Assembly (NCBI GenBank): GCA_002482845.1
Contig: DLGT01000084.1
Location: 13,157-77,156 of the forward strand
Length of the DNA stretch: 64,000 nucleotides
Source of the DNA: Saprospiraceae bacterium UBA7687
GTDB lineage: Bacteria; Bacteroidota; Bacteroidia; Chitinophagales; Saprospiraceae
Direction: 5' to 3'
The stretch's first letter is position 1; each line of letters begins with the position of its first letter. The notes beneath the pieces are model-generated. The model was not told the origin of the DNA. It searched no databases and was given only the letters and a program-made list of their open reading frames with translations. Positions 40,314 through 50,915 of the stretch are shown here, in pieces. The position numbers and the translations under genes were made by a program.

Positions 40314-41438
40314 ATGAGCACAATAATAAAAGAAGTCACATTCAAAGATGGTATCTCAGAATTTATAAATTTTCCACATGATCTCTATAAGGATGACCCT
40401 ATTTATGTGCCTGAAATATTTATTGGTCAAAAAGACATGATGAATCCTGACAAGTACCCTTTTCATAAATATGGCAAGGTGAAATATTTCTTAGCTCAAA
40501 GGAATGGTAAAACGGTAGGTAGAATTGCTGCCATTAACAATACGAACTACAATCGGCACCATAAAAGCAATGTTGGTTTCTTTGGATTTTTTGATTTTAT
40601 TGAAGATCAAGAAGTTTGTAATCTTCTATTGGATCAAGCTGTTGCCTATGCCAAAGAAAATGGTCAAGATTTCTTAATGGGACCTACAAATTTTACTACA
40701 AATGAGACAGCAGGTACTTTAGTTGATGGATTTAACGATTCGCCTAAGCTAATGATGACTTATAATAAACCATATTATGGTAAGCTCATGGAAAAATATG
40801 GTTTGCATAAAGAAATGGATTTGTTTGCATTTATGATATACAGTGACAAAGCTTCTGAAAAGTCACTTAGAATTGCAGATGCCGTCGAAAACAGGCTAAA
40901 AGCAAAAGGAATATCAATTAGAAACATAAATCTCAAAGATATAGACAACGAAGCTAAAAGAATACAAAAGATATATAATGACGCTTGGGAAGAAAACTGG
41001 GGATTTGTACCATTCACAGATGCAGAATTTGAATATCTCAAAAATGATCTAAAAATGTTGCTCGACCCTAAATTTGCCTACATAGCCGAAAAAGATGGAG
41101 AAGCAATAGGTTTTGGTCTTACACTACCCAATATTAATGAAGTCCTTATTAAAAATAAACGTGGTAAACTATTCCCATTTGGTATTTTTAGACTGCTTTG
41201 GGGTAAAAACAAAACTAAATATGTGAGAATTTTAGCGCTAGGCGTATTAGAAGAGTATAGGAAAATGGGGATTGAAGCTATATTTTTTGCCAAAAACATA
41301 CAGGAAGCACGCAGACGAGGTATCATTGGTGGTGAAGCATCTTGGGTATTAGAAAGTAATGAAGCAATGGTAGCTGCCGCTGAACATTTAAATGGTGAAA
41401 AATATAAAACCTATAGACTTTATAAAAAACCAATCTAA
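40314..41438 (+). CDS. GNAT-fold N-acyltransferase-like protein; candidate bacterial ceramide synthase by context
   Basis: C-terminal GNAT motif-A-like 'LGVLEEYRKMGIEAIFF'. It lies 3 nt upstream of the SDR gene, in a cluster with the spt-like gene. Confidence 0.45.
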   Translation: MSTIIKEVTFKDGISEFINFPHDLYKDDPIYVPEIFIGQKDMMNPDKYPFHKYGKVKYFLAQRNGKTVGRIAAINNTNYNRHHKSNVGFFGFFDFIEDQEVCNLLLDQAVAYAKENGQDFLMGPTNFTTNETAGTLVDGFNDSPKLMMTYNKPYYGKLMEKYGLHKEMDLFAFMIYSDKASEKSLRIADAVENRLKAKGISIRNINLKDIDNEAKRIQKIYNDAWEENWGFVPFTDAEFEYLKNDLKMLLDPKFAYIAEKDGEAIGFGLTLPNINEVLIKNKRGKLFPFGIFRLLWGKNKTKYVRILALGVLEEYRKMGIEAIFFAKNIQEARRRGIIGGEASWVLESNEAMVAAAEHLNGEKYKTYRLYKKPI

Positions 41439-41441
41439 AAC

Positions 41442-42437
41442 ATGTCGAAAGAAAAAATATTAATTACTGGTGCAAATGGTTTTATCGGTTCTTTTCTTGT
41501 CAAAGAAGCTCTTGCAAAAGATTTGGAAGTATATGCAGGTGTAAGAAAAAACAGTAATACCGGGTCACTTAAAGAATTGGATACTAAGATAGTAGAGTTA
41601 AATTATGAATCAATAGATCAAATGGCTGAGGTATTGAAAACCTATCAGTTTGAATATGTAATTCATAATGCAGGCCTAACGAAAACGCCCAATGCACAAG
41701 AATATATAAAAGTTAATAAAGATTATCTAATAAACGTCATAGATGCCATAAGGAAATCAGGCATTCATCTCAAAAAATTCCTTTATGTCAGTAGTCTTGC
41801 TGCCACTGGACCAGCTGATTTTCAAAAAAATGGAATGCTCACTCAAGAAGCGATCTATAATCCAGTAACCAATTACGGTATTAGCAAACATCTAGCTGAG
41901 ACCTATCTTACAGAGCAAAAAGATATACCATATCTTATAATAAGACCAACGGCCGTTTATGGTCCTGGTGAAAAAGACTTGTTAAATGTCTTTCAGATGA
42001 TCAATAAACGAATAGACTTACAAGCTGGTCTTTTGCCACAGAAACTGACTTTTATTTACGTCAAAGATCTGGCGAAACTGATGATAACTGCTACCTTGAG
42101 CAAATATTCTCACAAAGCTTATTTTGCCACAGATGGTAAGATTTACACGGGAACAGCTTTTAGTGGATTTATAAAGGAAAGTATAAATAAATCGACACTT
42201 CACATTAAACTTCCTATTTCTGTGATTAAACTCGTAGCGTTTGTCAGCGAGAAAGTTTCAGGATTATGGGGTAGCTATCCACCACTCAATGCAGATAAAT
42301 TTCATGAAATTAAAGCTAGGAACTGGTCTTGTGATGTTCGTGACTTAGAGTCTGAACTAGGATTTAAATCAGCATATGACCTATCTACTGGCATCCCTGA
42401 GACGGTCCAATGGTATAAAGAACAAAAATGGCTATGA
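41442..42437 (+). CDS. NAD(P)-dependent epimerase/dehydratase-family reductase; candidate ceramide/ketosphinganine reductase by context
   Basis: Rossmann motif 'ITGANGFIGSFL' and the catalytic 'YGISKHLAE' (YxxxK). Confidence 0.55.
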   Translation: MSKEKILITGANGFIGSFLVKEALAKDLEVYAGVRKNSNTGSLKELDTKIVELNYESIDQMAEVLKTYQFEYVIHNAGLTKTPNAQEYIKVNKDYLINVIDAIRKSGIHLKKFLYVSSLAATGPADFQKNGMLTQEAIYNPVTNYGISKHLAETYLTEQKDIPYLIIRPTAVYGPGEKDLLNVFQMINKRIDLQAGLLPQKLTFIYVKDLAKLMITATLSKYSHKAYFATDGKIYTGTAFSGFIKESINKSTLHIKLPISVIKLVAFVSEKVSGLWGSYPPLNADKFHEIKARNWSCDVRDLESELGFKSAYDLSTGIPETVQWYKEQKWL

Positions 42438-42477
42438 CATTTCTACCAAAGGTTTAGTCAATTAAAGGCAATATGTG

Positions 42478-42485
42478 TACTTTTG
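42478..42485 (+). promoter_or_regulatory. Candidate -7 promoter box (TACTTTTG)
   Basis: Exact TAnnTTTG match 65 nt upstream of the ATG at 42550. Confidence 0.3.
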
Positions 42486-42549
42486 CGTTTCGCTAAGTAA
42501 GCTTGTGTTGATGTAATTATCAATACAAAACACATTCTATTCCTAATCA

Positions 42550-43452
42550 ATGAACATGTCAACCATCGTTAAGAAGAAAATAAGATTTATCACAAACCCA
42601 TTTTCTGGCACAAAATCCAAGTCAAAACTTAAGGAAACAATAGAAGAAAACCTAAATTTAACAGATTTTGACTTCGAAATATCTTTTACTGAATATCCAA
42701 GACATGCCACACAATTAAGTGCAGAAGCACGAGATTTAGGATATTATGCAGTAATCGCAGTAGGTGGAGATGGTACAATCAATGAAGTAGCATCTGCGCT
42801 AAAAGGATCAGAAACTGCCTTGGGAATAGTCCCTTTTGGATCAGGAAATGGATTTTCTTATCACCTTGGAACTCGTCGAAATGTAGATGAAGCCATAAAA
42901 ATCATAAATGACCACCATACTATTCTAATCGACACGGGAGCTGCAAATGGTCGTTTTTTTATAAATGTGGCTGGTTTGGGTTTAGATGCGACGGTTGCTT
43001 TCAAAACAAAACTGAATAAAAGACGTGGATTTATACCCTATTTTATCAATACATTAAAAGAAAGTATTGGTTTTAAATTTATGAAACTTAGGATTACTTC
43101 TGATGATAATGTTCAGGAAGGTGATTATGCTATGGCTGTGATCGCCAATGGGTCTATTTATGGCTATGACTTTGCTGTGGCACCGGCTGCCAAATTAGAT
43201 GATGGGTTATTTGATGTGATCTTGGTGAGAAAAACGCAGATATTCAGATATTTTTTATTGGTTCCAAGGATGTTGAACAAAACTTTTCATAAAAGTCCGC
43301 TAGTTCACTATTTCAAGACCAGAAAAATCACCATCGAAAGTACAGATGGTACACCTTATTTCCATGTGGATGGTGAAGGATTTGAAGCTGATAACAGTAT
43401 CACCTTTGAAATCATTCCAGACTCGCTAAAATTAATTACCAAACAATCATAA
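42550..43452 (+). CDS. Diacylglycerol-kinase-family lipid kinase (YegS/BmrU type)
   Basis: DAGK catalytic motif 'AVGGDGTINEV' and 'GIVPFGSGNGF'. Confidence 0.8.
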   Translation: MNMSTIVKKKIRFITNPFSGTKSKSKLKETIEENLNLTDFDFEISFTEYPRHATQLSAEARDLGYYAVIAVGGDGTINEVASALKGSETALGIVPFGSGNGFSYHLGTRRNVDEAIKIINDHHTILIDTGAANGRFFINVAGLGLDATVAFKTKLNKRRGFIPYFINTLKESIGFKFMKLRITSDDNVQEGDYAMAVIANGSIYGYDFAVAPAAKLDDGLFDVILVRKTQIFRYFLLVPRMLNKTFHKSPLVHYFKTRKITIESTDGTPYFHVDGEGFEADNSITFEIIPDSLKLITKQS

Positions 43453-43456
43453 GACT

Positions 43457-44332
43457 ATGTGGATACTTGTAGCATGTATTGTACTCAATGCACTTATCGG
43501 TGTGATATTCAAGCTATTCGAAAAATATCAGATAGATAATCTGCAAGCGATTGTGGTTAATTATTTTGTATGTGTTTTGACTGCTGCTGTAGTGGTAGGC
43601 GGCAACCCAATTCCGTCTGACTTAACTGGTCAACCATGGTTTTGGTATGCTTTGGGGCTTGGTAGTATATTTATTATTGTATTTAATCTTATGGCATTGA
43701 CAGTCCAGAATTTTGGAGTAGTTATTGCCACTATTTTTCAAAAAATGTCATTGTTGGCACCTACATTGATCGCGATTTTGTTTTATGGAGAAACTTCCAA
43801 TTTTATAAAATGGACAGGCATTTTATCGTCTGTGGCAGGAATATTTCTACTAAGTTATCAAAAAAAAGACCAAAATGGGCAAGAAAGTCATCATTCCGGA
43901 TTGATATGGATGCTTCCAATACTGACATTTTTAGGATCTTGCCTTATAGACAGTGCTTTATATTTGGTAGAAAAACAAAATTTAGCTCAAAATGGCGATA
44001 TCGGATTTGTAGCTTCCTTGTTTCTTTCGGCAGCTATCAATGGTTTTCTTATACTTAGCATCCAAGTGTTAAGAAAAAAAGAAGACCTTAAGTTCAAGAA
44101 CTTAGTAGGTGGTATTGGTTTAGGTATCCCCAATTTTTTCTCAATCTACTTACTATTATTAGCCTTGCAGCAAGGTTGGGGCGGATCTGTTGTTTTTCCA
44201 GTGAACAATGTAGGCGTACTGGTCATGGCAGCATTTTTTGGCATCGTTTTGTTCAAAGAAAGGTTAGTTCCATTGAGAATTGTTGGTTTTATTTTGGCAA
44301 TTTTGGCAATAATTCTCATAACTTTAGCTTGA
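43457..44332 (+). CDS. Polytopic membrane protein, DMT/EamA-like transporter
   Basis: About 10 hydrophobic segments with a two-half organisation. It lies 4 nt after the kinase gene. Confidence 0.5.
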   Translation: MWILVACIVLNALIGVIFKLFEKYQIDNLQAIVVNYFVCVLTAAVVVGGNPIPSDLTGQPWFWYALGLGSIFIIVFNLMALTVQNFGVVIATIFQKMSLLAPTLIAILFYGETSNFIKWTGILSSVAGIFLLSYQKKDQNGQESHHSGLIWMLPILTFLGSCLIDSALYLVEKQNLAQNGDIGFVASLFLSAAINGFLILSIQVLRKKEDLKFKNLVGGIGLGIPNFFSIYLLLLALQQGWGGSVVFPVNNVGVLVMAAFFGIVLFKERLVPLRIVGFILAILAIILITLA

Positions 44333-44374
44333 TTTTTTAGTTTCAAAACATAATACCTAACCTAAGTTCCATCC

Positions 44375-45031
44375 ATGATAATTGATTCATATATAACATT
44401 GGCAGAAGCGTGTGTAGGTGAATACAAGGAGAAAGGCAGTAAATTCATTGCCTATGGATACCCATTTGACGATGAATCTGAATTAGAAGTCATTTTAGGA
44501 GAATTAAAGGCAATTCATCCTAAGGCTAGACATTATTGTTTTGCCTATAAAATTGGTGTAGATAATAATAGATACAGAACCAATGATGACGGAGAGCCAT
44601 CAGGAACAGCTGGAAAACCTATATATGGCCAAATATTAAGTAATGGGCTGACGAACATAGCTATTGTAGTCATTCGTTATTTCGGAGGTACAAAATTGGG
44701 AGCATCGGGTCTTATACACGCTTACAAAGAAGCATCAAAAGAAGCATTGGAATCAGCAACTACCATTGAAAAATATATTACCAAATCCTATGAATTGACG
44801 TTTGGCTACGACCACATGGGCCAGATATTAAATGTATTAAAAGAACTTGACATAGCGATCACGGATAAGACATTTGAGTCGTCATGCAAAGTAATTGTTC
44901 AACTGAGACTATCTGAAGAACTGCTAGTATTACACAAATTCAAAGCAAAAGTCTTACAAAAAAGTATGGAAGAGATTCATGAAAAGACAGAAATTCCCTT
45001 TTGTGAAATAACGATCTTAGAGCCTTTTTAA
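44375..45031 (+). CDS. yigZ: IMPACT/YigZ family protein
   Basis: 'KGSKFIAY', 'ARHYCFAY', 'DDGEPSGTAGKPI' and 'VVIRYFGGTKLG'. Confidence 0.8.
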   Translation: MIIDSYITLAEACVGEYKEKGSKFIAYGYPFDDESELEVILGELKAIHPKARHYCFAYKIGVDNNRYRTNDDGEPSGTAGKPIYGQILSNGLTNIAIVVIRYFGGTKLGASGLIHAYKEASKEALESATTIEKYITKSYELTFGYDHMGQILNVLKELDIAITDKTFESSCKVIVQLRLSEELLVLHKFKAKVLQKSMEEIHEKTEIPFCEITILEPF

Positions 45032-45205
45032 AGGTTTAAGAATATTTAATTCATTTTACTTATTACATTTTGTCCTTCTTAAAAACATCAAAGTAAGTCT
45101 TAACTAATCTTTTAACAAATGGCATTTACTCAATCCGAATGAACAATATCCTTCCATATAGAGTTTGTATCGAGTAATCAATTTAACAATACAAATACAA
45201 TTTAT

Positions 45206-46048
45206 ATGACGCTCCACAAAATACTCATTTTCTGTACTATACTTTTAGTATCATATTCAATATCGGCTCAAACACCTTCATGCTGTAGTGCTAGTTCTGT
45301 GACAGAATTTGCAAACCTAGGAAAAGATTTAAGTTTTGTTTTAACACATGAAGAGCCTTTACCTTTTATTTTGCAAAATCCTTCTGGAGTCACTACCACA
45401 TTTCCGATAGCTGGCGAAACTGAGGGACAGGGATATTACATCAAAGGTTCAAAATCTTCAACAAAATGGATTTTTGTCATTCAAGAATGGTGGGGACTAA
45501 ATGATTATATCCGAAATGAAGCCGAAAAATTACATAAAGAATTTCCTGATGCACATATTTTTGCGTTGGATATGTACGATGGAAAAACAGCTACAAAAAG
45601 AGAAGAAGCTGCAGCCTTAATGCAAGCAGCTAAACCTGAAAGATTAGAGAAAATCATAACAAATGCAGCCATTTTTGCAGGAAAAGATGCAAAGATTGCG
45701 ACTATAGGATGGTGCTTTGGTGGTGCTTGGTCGAATATAGCAGCTGTTTTACTTGGAGACAAAGTAGTGGCGAGCGTCATGTATTATGGGATGCCTGTTA
45801 ATGATTCGAGCCAATTGATCCAGATAAAAGCACCCGTTTTAGGAATATTTGCTGAAATGGATGGTTGGATTACACCAAAAGTTGTAGAAGATTTCAAGTC
45901 AAATATGGAAAAGGTAAATAAATCAATAGAAATTCACTCATATGCTGCGGATCATGCTTTTGCAAATCCTAGTAATCCAAAATTCAACAAAGAATTTGCA
46001 GATGACGCTTGGAGTAAATCGATAGCTTTCTTTAAAAAACATTTGTAA
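45206..46048 (+). CDS. Dienelactone hydrolase family protein (secreted)
   Basis: Signal peptide, nucleophile motif 'GWCFGGAW', and 'ADHAFANP'. Confidence 0.75.
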   Translation: MTLHKILIFCTILLVSYSISAQTPSCCSASSVTEFANLGKDLSFVLTHEEPLPFILQNPSGVTTTFPIAGETEGQGYYIKGSKSSTKWIFVIQEWWGLNDYIRNEAEKLHKEFPDAHIFALDMYDGKTATKREEAAALMQAAKPERLEKIITNAAIFAGKDAKIATIGWCFGGAWSNIAAVLLGDKVVASVMYYGMPVNDSSQLIQIKAPVLGIFAEMDGWITPKVVEDFKSNMEKVNKSIEIHSYAADHAFANPSNPKFNKEFADDAWSKSIAFFKKHL

Positions 46049-46084
46049 GCTCCACGTTTTCATATCTAAAATCAACACCGTTTT

Positions 46085-47674
46085 ATGCGTATTTCAAAAA
46101 TTGGGTTTGAAAAAATAAGTGCATTTGCTCACAAAGATGTTTTCTACCAGTTACAAAATCAAAAATTAACAGATTTTATTACTTACTCACCTGATGATCA
46201 TGGCTTAAAACAAGCAATACTTGATCGATCGGAATATAAAGTTGACCGTTCATTGATTCATGGTGTGGTTTCGGATCAGTATCAAATAAAGGGTGCATCT
46301 GCTAAACAGCTTTCAAATATAAAATCTCTTCTTTCAGAAGAAACATATACTGTAATAACTGCTCATCAACCAATTATACTAGGTGGACCTGCTTATTATT
46401 TTTATAAAATATGCTCTACAATAAATCTTTGCCTTCATTTGACGGAGCAACATCCTGGCAAAACCTTTATCCCAGTTTTTATAAATGGCTCGGAAGACCA
46501 TGATTTTGATGAAGTAAATAGACTTCAGCTTTTTGGAAAATCTTTATCATGGGAAACTGAGCAGCACGGACCAGTAGGAAAGTTCAATACAAGCAATCTT
46601 GCTCAACTTATCCAAAATGTTTCTGACATTCTAGGCGACAATGAAAGCAGTAAAGAAATGACCCAATCATTCAATAAAGCTTTAGTTGACGCACATGAAT
46701 ATAACGATTTCGTTTTTAATTGGTTAAATGATATATTCGCAGAACACGGACTACTTGTAATTAATATGGATGACGTCAGATTAAAACGAAATTTCATACC
46801 CATTTTAAAAAAAGAACTTCTAGAAAGGAAAAGTGAAAGTATCGTACATGACACCCAAAACGAATTACACAAATTCAACTTTAAGCCACAAGCTTTTGCA
46901 AGGGACATCAATCTATTTTATATGTCTGCGCAATCTAGAGAGCGTATTACATTTGAAGACAATGTGTACAAAGTTCATAATACTACGTTAACATTTACCG
47001 AATCCGCTATGATGGAAGAAGTAGATAAGCATCCTGAACGATTTAGCCCGAATGTAGTACTCAGACCTATTTATCAAGAGTACACCTTCCCAAATATAGC
47101 ATACATAGGTGGTGGTGGAGAAATAGCTTATTGGTTAGAACGAAAATCACAATTTAAATATTTTGGTGTATTTTATCCAACCTTGATTCGTAGAAATTCT
47201 GCCATGTTAATATCCAAGGCTATTCAAAAATCGATGGCAAAACTCGGTATGACAGAAGAAGAGTTGTTATTGGACGAAGACGCTGCTGTCTCTCAATATT
47301 TAAAAAAGACAACAACTACAGATTTTGAGTTAGATAAAGAAACAGCCAAAATAACTGAAATTTATTATGAAATTGCCGAAAAAGCTAAGTCTATAGATCC
47401 TACTTTAGAGCATTTTGTCATTGGCGAAGCCACCAAAATCATAAAAGCAACTGAAGCTATAGAATCAAGGTTAAAAAGATCATTAAAACAAAAAGAAGAA
47501 GTTTCTGTCAATCAAATCAAAAATATCAAATCAAAACTTTTCCCCGACCATGGGTTGCAAGAAAGAAAAGAAAGTTTACTTCAATATTTGGTTAGTGAAG
47601 AAAAAGATTTTTTACAGAAACTAATTGACAACCTAAATCCTTTGCAAAAAGATTTTTTATTCGTTTACCTCTGA
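46085..47674 (+). CDS. bshC: Bacillithiol biosynthesis cysteine-adding enzyme
   Basis: About 530 aa, 'TAHQPIILGGPAYYFYK' and 'GGGGEIAYW', typical of BshC. Confidence 0.7.
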   Translation: MRISKIGFEKISAFAHKDVFYQLQNQKLTDFITYSPDDHGLKQAILDRSEYKVDRSLIHGVVSDQYQIKGASAKQLSNIKSLLSEETYTVITAHQPIILGGPAYYFYKICSTINLCLHLTEQHPGKTFIPVFINGSEDHDFDEVNRLQLFGKSLSWETEQHGPVGKFNTSNLAQLIQNVSDILGDNESSKEMTQSFNKALVDAHEYNDFVFNWLNDIFAEHGLLVINMDDVRLKRNFIPILKKELLERKSESIVHDTQNELHKFNFKPQAFARDINLFYMSAQSRERITFEDNVYKVHNTTLTFTESAMMEEVDKHPERFSPNVVLRPIYQEYTFPNIAYIGGGGEIAYWLERKSQFKYFGVFYPTLIRRNSAMLISKAIQKSMAKLGMTEEELLLDEDAAVSQYLKKTTTTDFELDKETAKITEIYYEIAEKAKSIDPTLEHFVIGEATKIIKATEAIESRLKRSLKQKEEVSVNQIKNIKSKLFPDHGLQERKESLLQYLVSEEKDFLQKLIDNLNPLQKDFLFVYL

Positions 47675-48535
47675 TCCTTCTAAATCTGGCTTTTTAACAT
47701 CAAAACAAGATAAAAGATCCGTTAACTTGGCTTTAAGGTCTCTTCTATGTACTATAAAGTCTAGGAAGCCGTGCTCTAATAGATACTCAGAAGTTTGAAA
47801 GCCTTCAGGAAGATCCACTTTTATTGTTTCTTTGATTACTCTTGGTCCTGCAAAACCAATAAGCGCTTCTGGTTCAGCAAAATTAATGTCACCTAACATT
47901 GCAAATGATGCGGTCACACCTCCAGTAGTAGGATCCGTCATAAATGAAAAGTACGGGATACCTTTTTTGGCGAGTAGTGTCAGTTTTGCAGATGTCTTAG
48001 CCATTTGCATTAAAGAAAAAGCAGATTCCATCATCCTTGCACCACCAGATTTCGATATAATCATAAATGGCATCCTATTTTCTAAGCAATAATCTATGGC
48101 TCTAGAAATCTTCTCTCCTACCACTGAACCCATTGAACCACCAATAAAACCAAAATCCATACAAGCTACTACAAGTGGGTATTTATTCACTTTCCCAGCT
48201 GCAACAGACATAGAGTCTTTTAGATTTGTTTTTTTATAAGCATCTGTCAACCTATCTTCATAAGTTTTTACATCTTTGAACTGTAGCATATCGACAGAAA
48301 CGATTTCATCAAAAAGACGTGTATATTTTCCATCAAAAATGACTTCAAAATAATCAGTTGAATTAATCCTTGTGTGGTAATCACATTTAGGACAAATGTA
48401 AAGATTGGCTTTTAAATCTTTGACAGTGGTCATTTCTTGACAACGAGTACATTTGTGCCAAAGCCCATCAGGTGTTTCCTTCTTATTTTTAGTGGCTGTT
48501 TGTATTCCTTCTTTCAGTCTTTTGAACCAACTCAT
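47657..48535 (-). CDS. accD: Acetyl-CoA carboxylase carboxyltransferase beta subunit
   Basis: N-terminal Zn ribbon CTRCQ..CPKCDYH and 'GGSMGSVVGEK'. Confidence 0.9.
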   Translation of the reverse strand: MSWFKRLKEGIQTATKNKKETPDGLWHKCTRCQEMTTVKDLKANLYICPKCDYHTRINSTDYFEVIFDGKYTRLFDEIVSVDMLQFKDVKTYEDRLTDAYKKTNLKDSMSVAAGKVNKYPLVVACMDFGFIGGSMGSVVGEKISRAIDYCLENRMPFMIISKSGGARMMESAFSLMQMAKTSAKLTLLAKKGIPYFSFMTDPTTGGVTASFAMLGDINFAEPEALIGFAGPRVIKETIKVDLPEGFQTSEYLLEHGFLDFIVHRRDLKAKLTDLLSCFDVKKPDLEGSEVNE

Positions 48536-48942
48536 AATACTATACTTTAGGGCTACCTGTAAGTGTTAACAAATTATAATAATTGCGCAAAAATATAAAT
48601 AAGCGTCGACCTTTTACCCATCATTTGATACTTTTTATTATATAAATAATTAACACATCTGTATATAACTAGATATCAATATATTAAAATACAAATTAAA
48701 GTTTCTTATGCCACTACATTGTAATATCCATCCACCAATAATTTTATTTAGATTAATAAGTCAATTTCCATCATAATTTAGATTACTTGCTAGTTTTTAA
48801 AATCTTTGACGACAAAAGTGCAAAATAATTTCAGAATGTATTTAAATTTTAGACATTTGCATTGATTTATACTAAAGTAGGTAATTACCGTATATTTGAT
48901 TTTATTCATTATTAGTATTTTATTCATTATTAAATATCAGAA

Positions 48943-49761
48943 ATGTCTGTAGCTAAAAGAGATATCAAAAGAATTACGACACATGTTCTGCACGCAATGA
49001 AGGAACAAGGAGAAAAAATATCCATGTTGACCGCGTATGATTATTCGATGGCACGGATACTTGATGCTGCTGGAATAGATATATTATTGGTTGGGGATTC
49101 TGCGTCAAATGTTATGGCGGGCCACGAAACAACCCTTCCCATTACACTTGAGCAAATGATTTATCATGCACAATCAGTCATTCGGGCAGTGGAAAGAGCT
49201 TTTGTTGTTGTCGATCTGCCATTTGGGTCTTACCAAGGAAATAGTACAAAAGCACTTAACTCAGCGATAGCTATCATGAAAGAGTCAGGGGCACACGCCG
49301 TAAAACTGGAAGGTGGATCGGAAATAGAAGAGTCTGTAAGAAGAATTTTATCAGCAGGTGTACCTGTTATGGGACATTTAGGATTAACACCACAAAGTAT
49401 TTATAAATTCGGAACTTATTCTGTTAGAGCAAAAGAAGAAGCAGAAGCCCAGAAATTAATTAGTGATGCGAAATTACTTCAAGAAGCTGGTTGTTTTGCC
49501 TTAGTATTAGAAAAAATCCCTGCAAGTTTAGGCAAGCTTGTATCAGAAGCATTGCACATACCCGTAATAGGCATAGGAGCAGGTAACGGTACAGACGGAC
49601 AGGTTTTAGTCGTTCATGACGTCCTTGGACTTACAAAAGACTTTAACCCTAGATTCCTAAGAAGGTATTTGAACTTATATGATACTATCAAAGTCGCAGT
49701 GGAGCAATACATAGACGATGTTAAATCAGGCGATTTCCCTAATTCTGATGAACAATATTAA
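48943..49761 (+). CDS. panB: 3-methyl-2-oxobutanoate hydroxymethyltransferase
   Basis: '[13 protein letters not shown]', 'VKLEGG' and 'GHLGLTPQS'. Confidence 0.9.
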   Translation: MSVAKRDIKRITTHVLHAMKEQGEKISMLTAYDYSMARILDAAGIDILLVGDSASNVMAGHETTLPITLEQMIYHAQSVIRAVERAFVVVDLPFGSYQGNSTKALNSAIAIMKESGAHAVKLEGGSEIEESVRRILSAGVPVMGHLGLTPQSIYKFGTYSVRAKEEAEAQKLISDAKLLQEAGCFALVLEKIPASLGKLVSEALHIPVIGIGAGNGTDGQVLVVHDVLGLTKDFNPRFLRRYLNLYDTIKVAVEQYIDDVKSGDFPNSDEQY

Positions 49762-49782
49762 TACAATACGCATTTATCAAAT

Positions 49783-50814
49783 ATGTCAAAAAAAATAGTT
49801 ATAATACTTCTTGCTGTTTCAGCTTTAGTTGGTTTGGTTGGATATTTCTTTGTAGGTAGAGCTTTATGGAATGTAAATGTCAAATTACAAGACAAAACCG
49901 CTTTTATTGAAATACCTACAGATGCTTCCTTTGAAGATGTCAAAAATATATTTTTACAGAATAATTACTTAATTGATATTAATTCTTTTGATCGCGTTGC
50001 TACCATATTGGGTTATAAAAAGGATAAAGTACCTGGTGGCCGGTATAAGCTTCAAAATGGTTGGTCTAATAAAGATTTGATTACTACATTAAGATCAGGA
50101 AACCAGACACCGTCACAAGTTGTGATCAATAACATTAGAAAAATAAGTGATCTTGCAGGAAAAGCATCAAGATACTTTGAAACAGATTCATTGGGTTTTC
50201 TGACGCATTTTCTGAAACCAGAAACGCCATCTGAGTACAATCTTAATCAAGATAATTTTTTGACATTATTTATTCCAAATACATACGAAATGTTCTGGAC
50301 GACAACTCCTGAAAAATTTGTGACAAGAATGGCTAAAGAATATGAAAGATTTTGGACAGATGAAAGGGTAGAAAAATTAAAAAAATGGAACCTTTCTAAA
50401 ACTGATGCTTATATCCTAGCTTCCATTGTAGAGAAAGAAAGTAATTACGACCCAGAAAGACCAACTATTGCAGGTGTTTATCTCAATAGATTAAAAGTAG
50501 GCGAAAAACTGCAAGCCGACCCAACAGTAGTATATGCTGTAGGTGAATTCGACCTTAAAAGAGTTTTATACTCACATTTAGAATATGATTCACCTTATAA
50601 TACATACATGTATAATGGTTTACCACCTGGACCTATTTGTATGCCCTCCTTAGCAAGTCTTGAAGCCGTAATCAACGCTGAAGATCATGAGTATATGTTT
50701 TTCTGTGCCAAAGCAGATAATAGCGGTATTCATGCATTTGCAGTAACTTATGCAGATCACGTAAAGAATGCAAATGCATTTGCAGCTTGGATGAATAAAA
50801 ACAATATAAGGTAG
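49783..50814 (+). CDS. mltG: Endolytic murein transglycosylase MltG (YceG-like)
   Basis: N-terminal TM anchor, 'ASIVEKES', 'LQADPTVVYA' and 'SPYNTYMYNGLPPGPICMP'. Confidence 0.85.
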   Translation: MSKKIVIILLAVSALVGLVGYFFVGRALWNVNVKLQDKTAFIEIPTDASFEDVKNIFLQNNYLIDINSFDRVATILGYKKDKVPGGRYKLQNGWSNKDLITTLRSGNQTPSQVVINNIRKISDLAGKASRYFETDSLGFLTHFLKPETPSEYNLNQDNFLTLFIPNTYEMFWTTTPEKFVTRMAKEYERFWTDERVEKLKKWNLSKTDAYILASIVEKESNYDPERPTIAGVYLNRLKVGEKLQADPTVVYAVGEFDLKRVLYSHLEYDSPYNTYMYNGLPPGPICMPSLASLEAVINAEDHEYMFFCAKADNSGIHAFAVTYADHVKNANAFAAWMNKNNIR

Positions 50815-50874
50815 CATTTACCGAATAGCCTAGGATTAGCGTTGCGAAGACATTAAAATATGTTCCACAATTTT

Positions 50875-50915
50875 GGTTATCTATATCATTTTGGCCCAAA
50901 ATGTTATAGATAACC
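50875..50915. repeat. Long near-perfect hairpin downstream of mltG
   Basis: GGTTATCTATATCATTTTGG-c-CCAAAATGTTATAGATAACC, a 20-bp stem with one mismatch. Confidence 0.6.

Noticed and set aside
43810-44058. 82-aa same-strand ORF inside the DMT-like gene, and the 61-aa ORF at 27428-27613 overlapping the yhhQ start.
   Set aside because: These are alternative-frame ORFs within or overlapping longer, better-supported membrane-protein genes. Their basic, low-complexity translations are typical of off-frame reading of AT-rich DNA.
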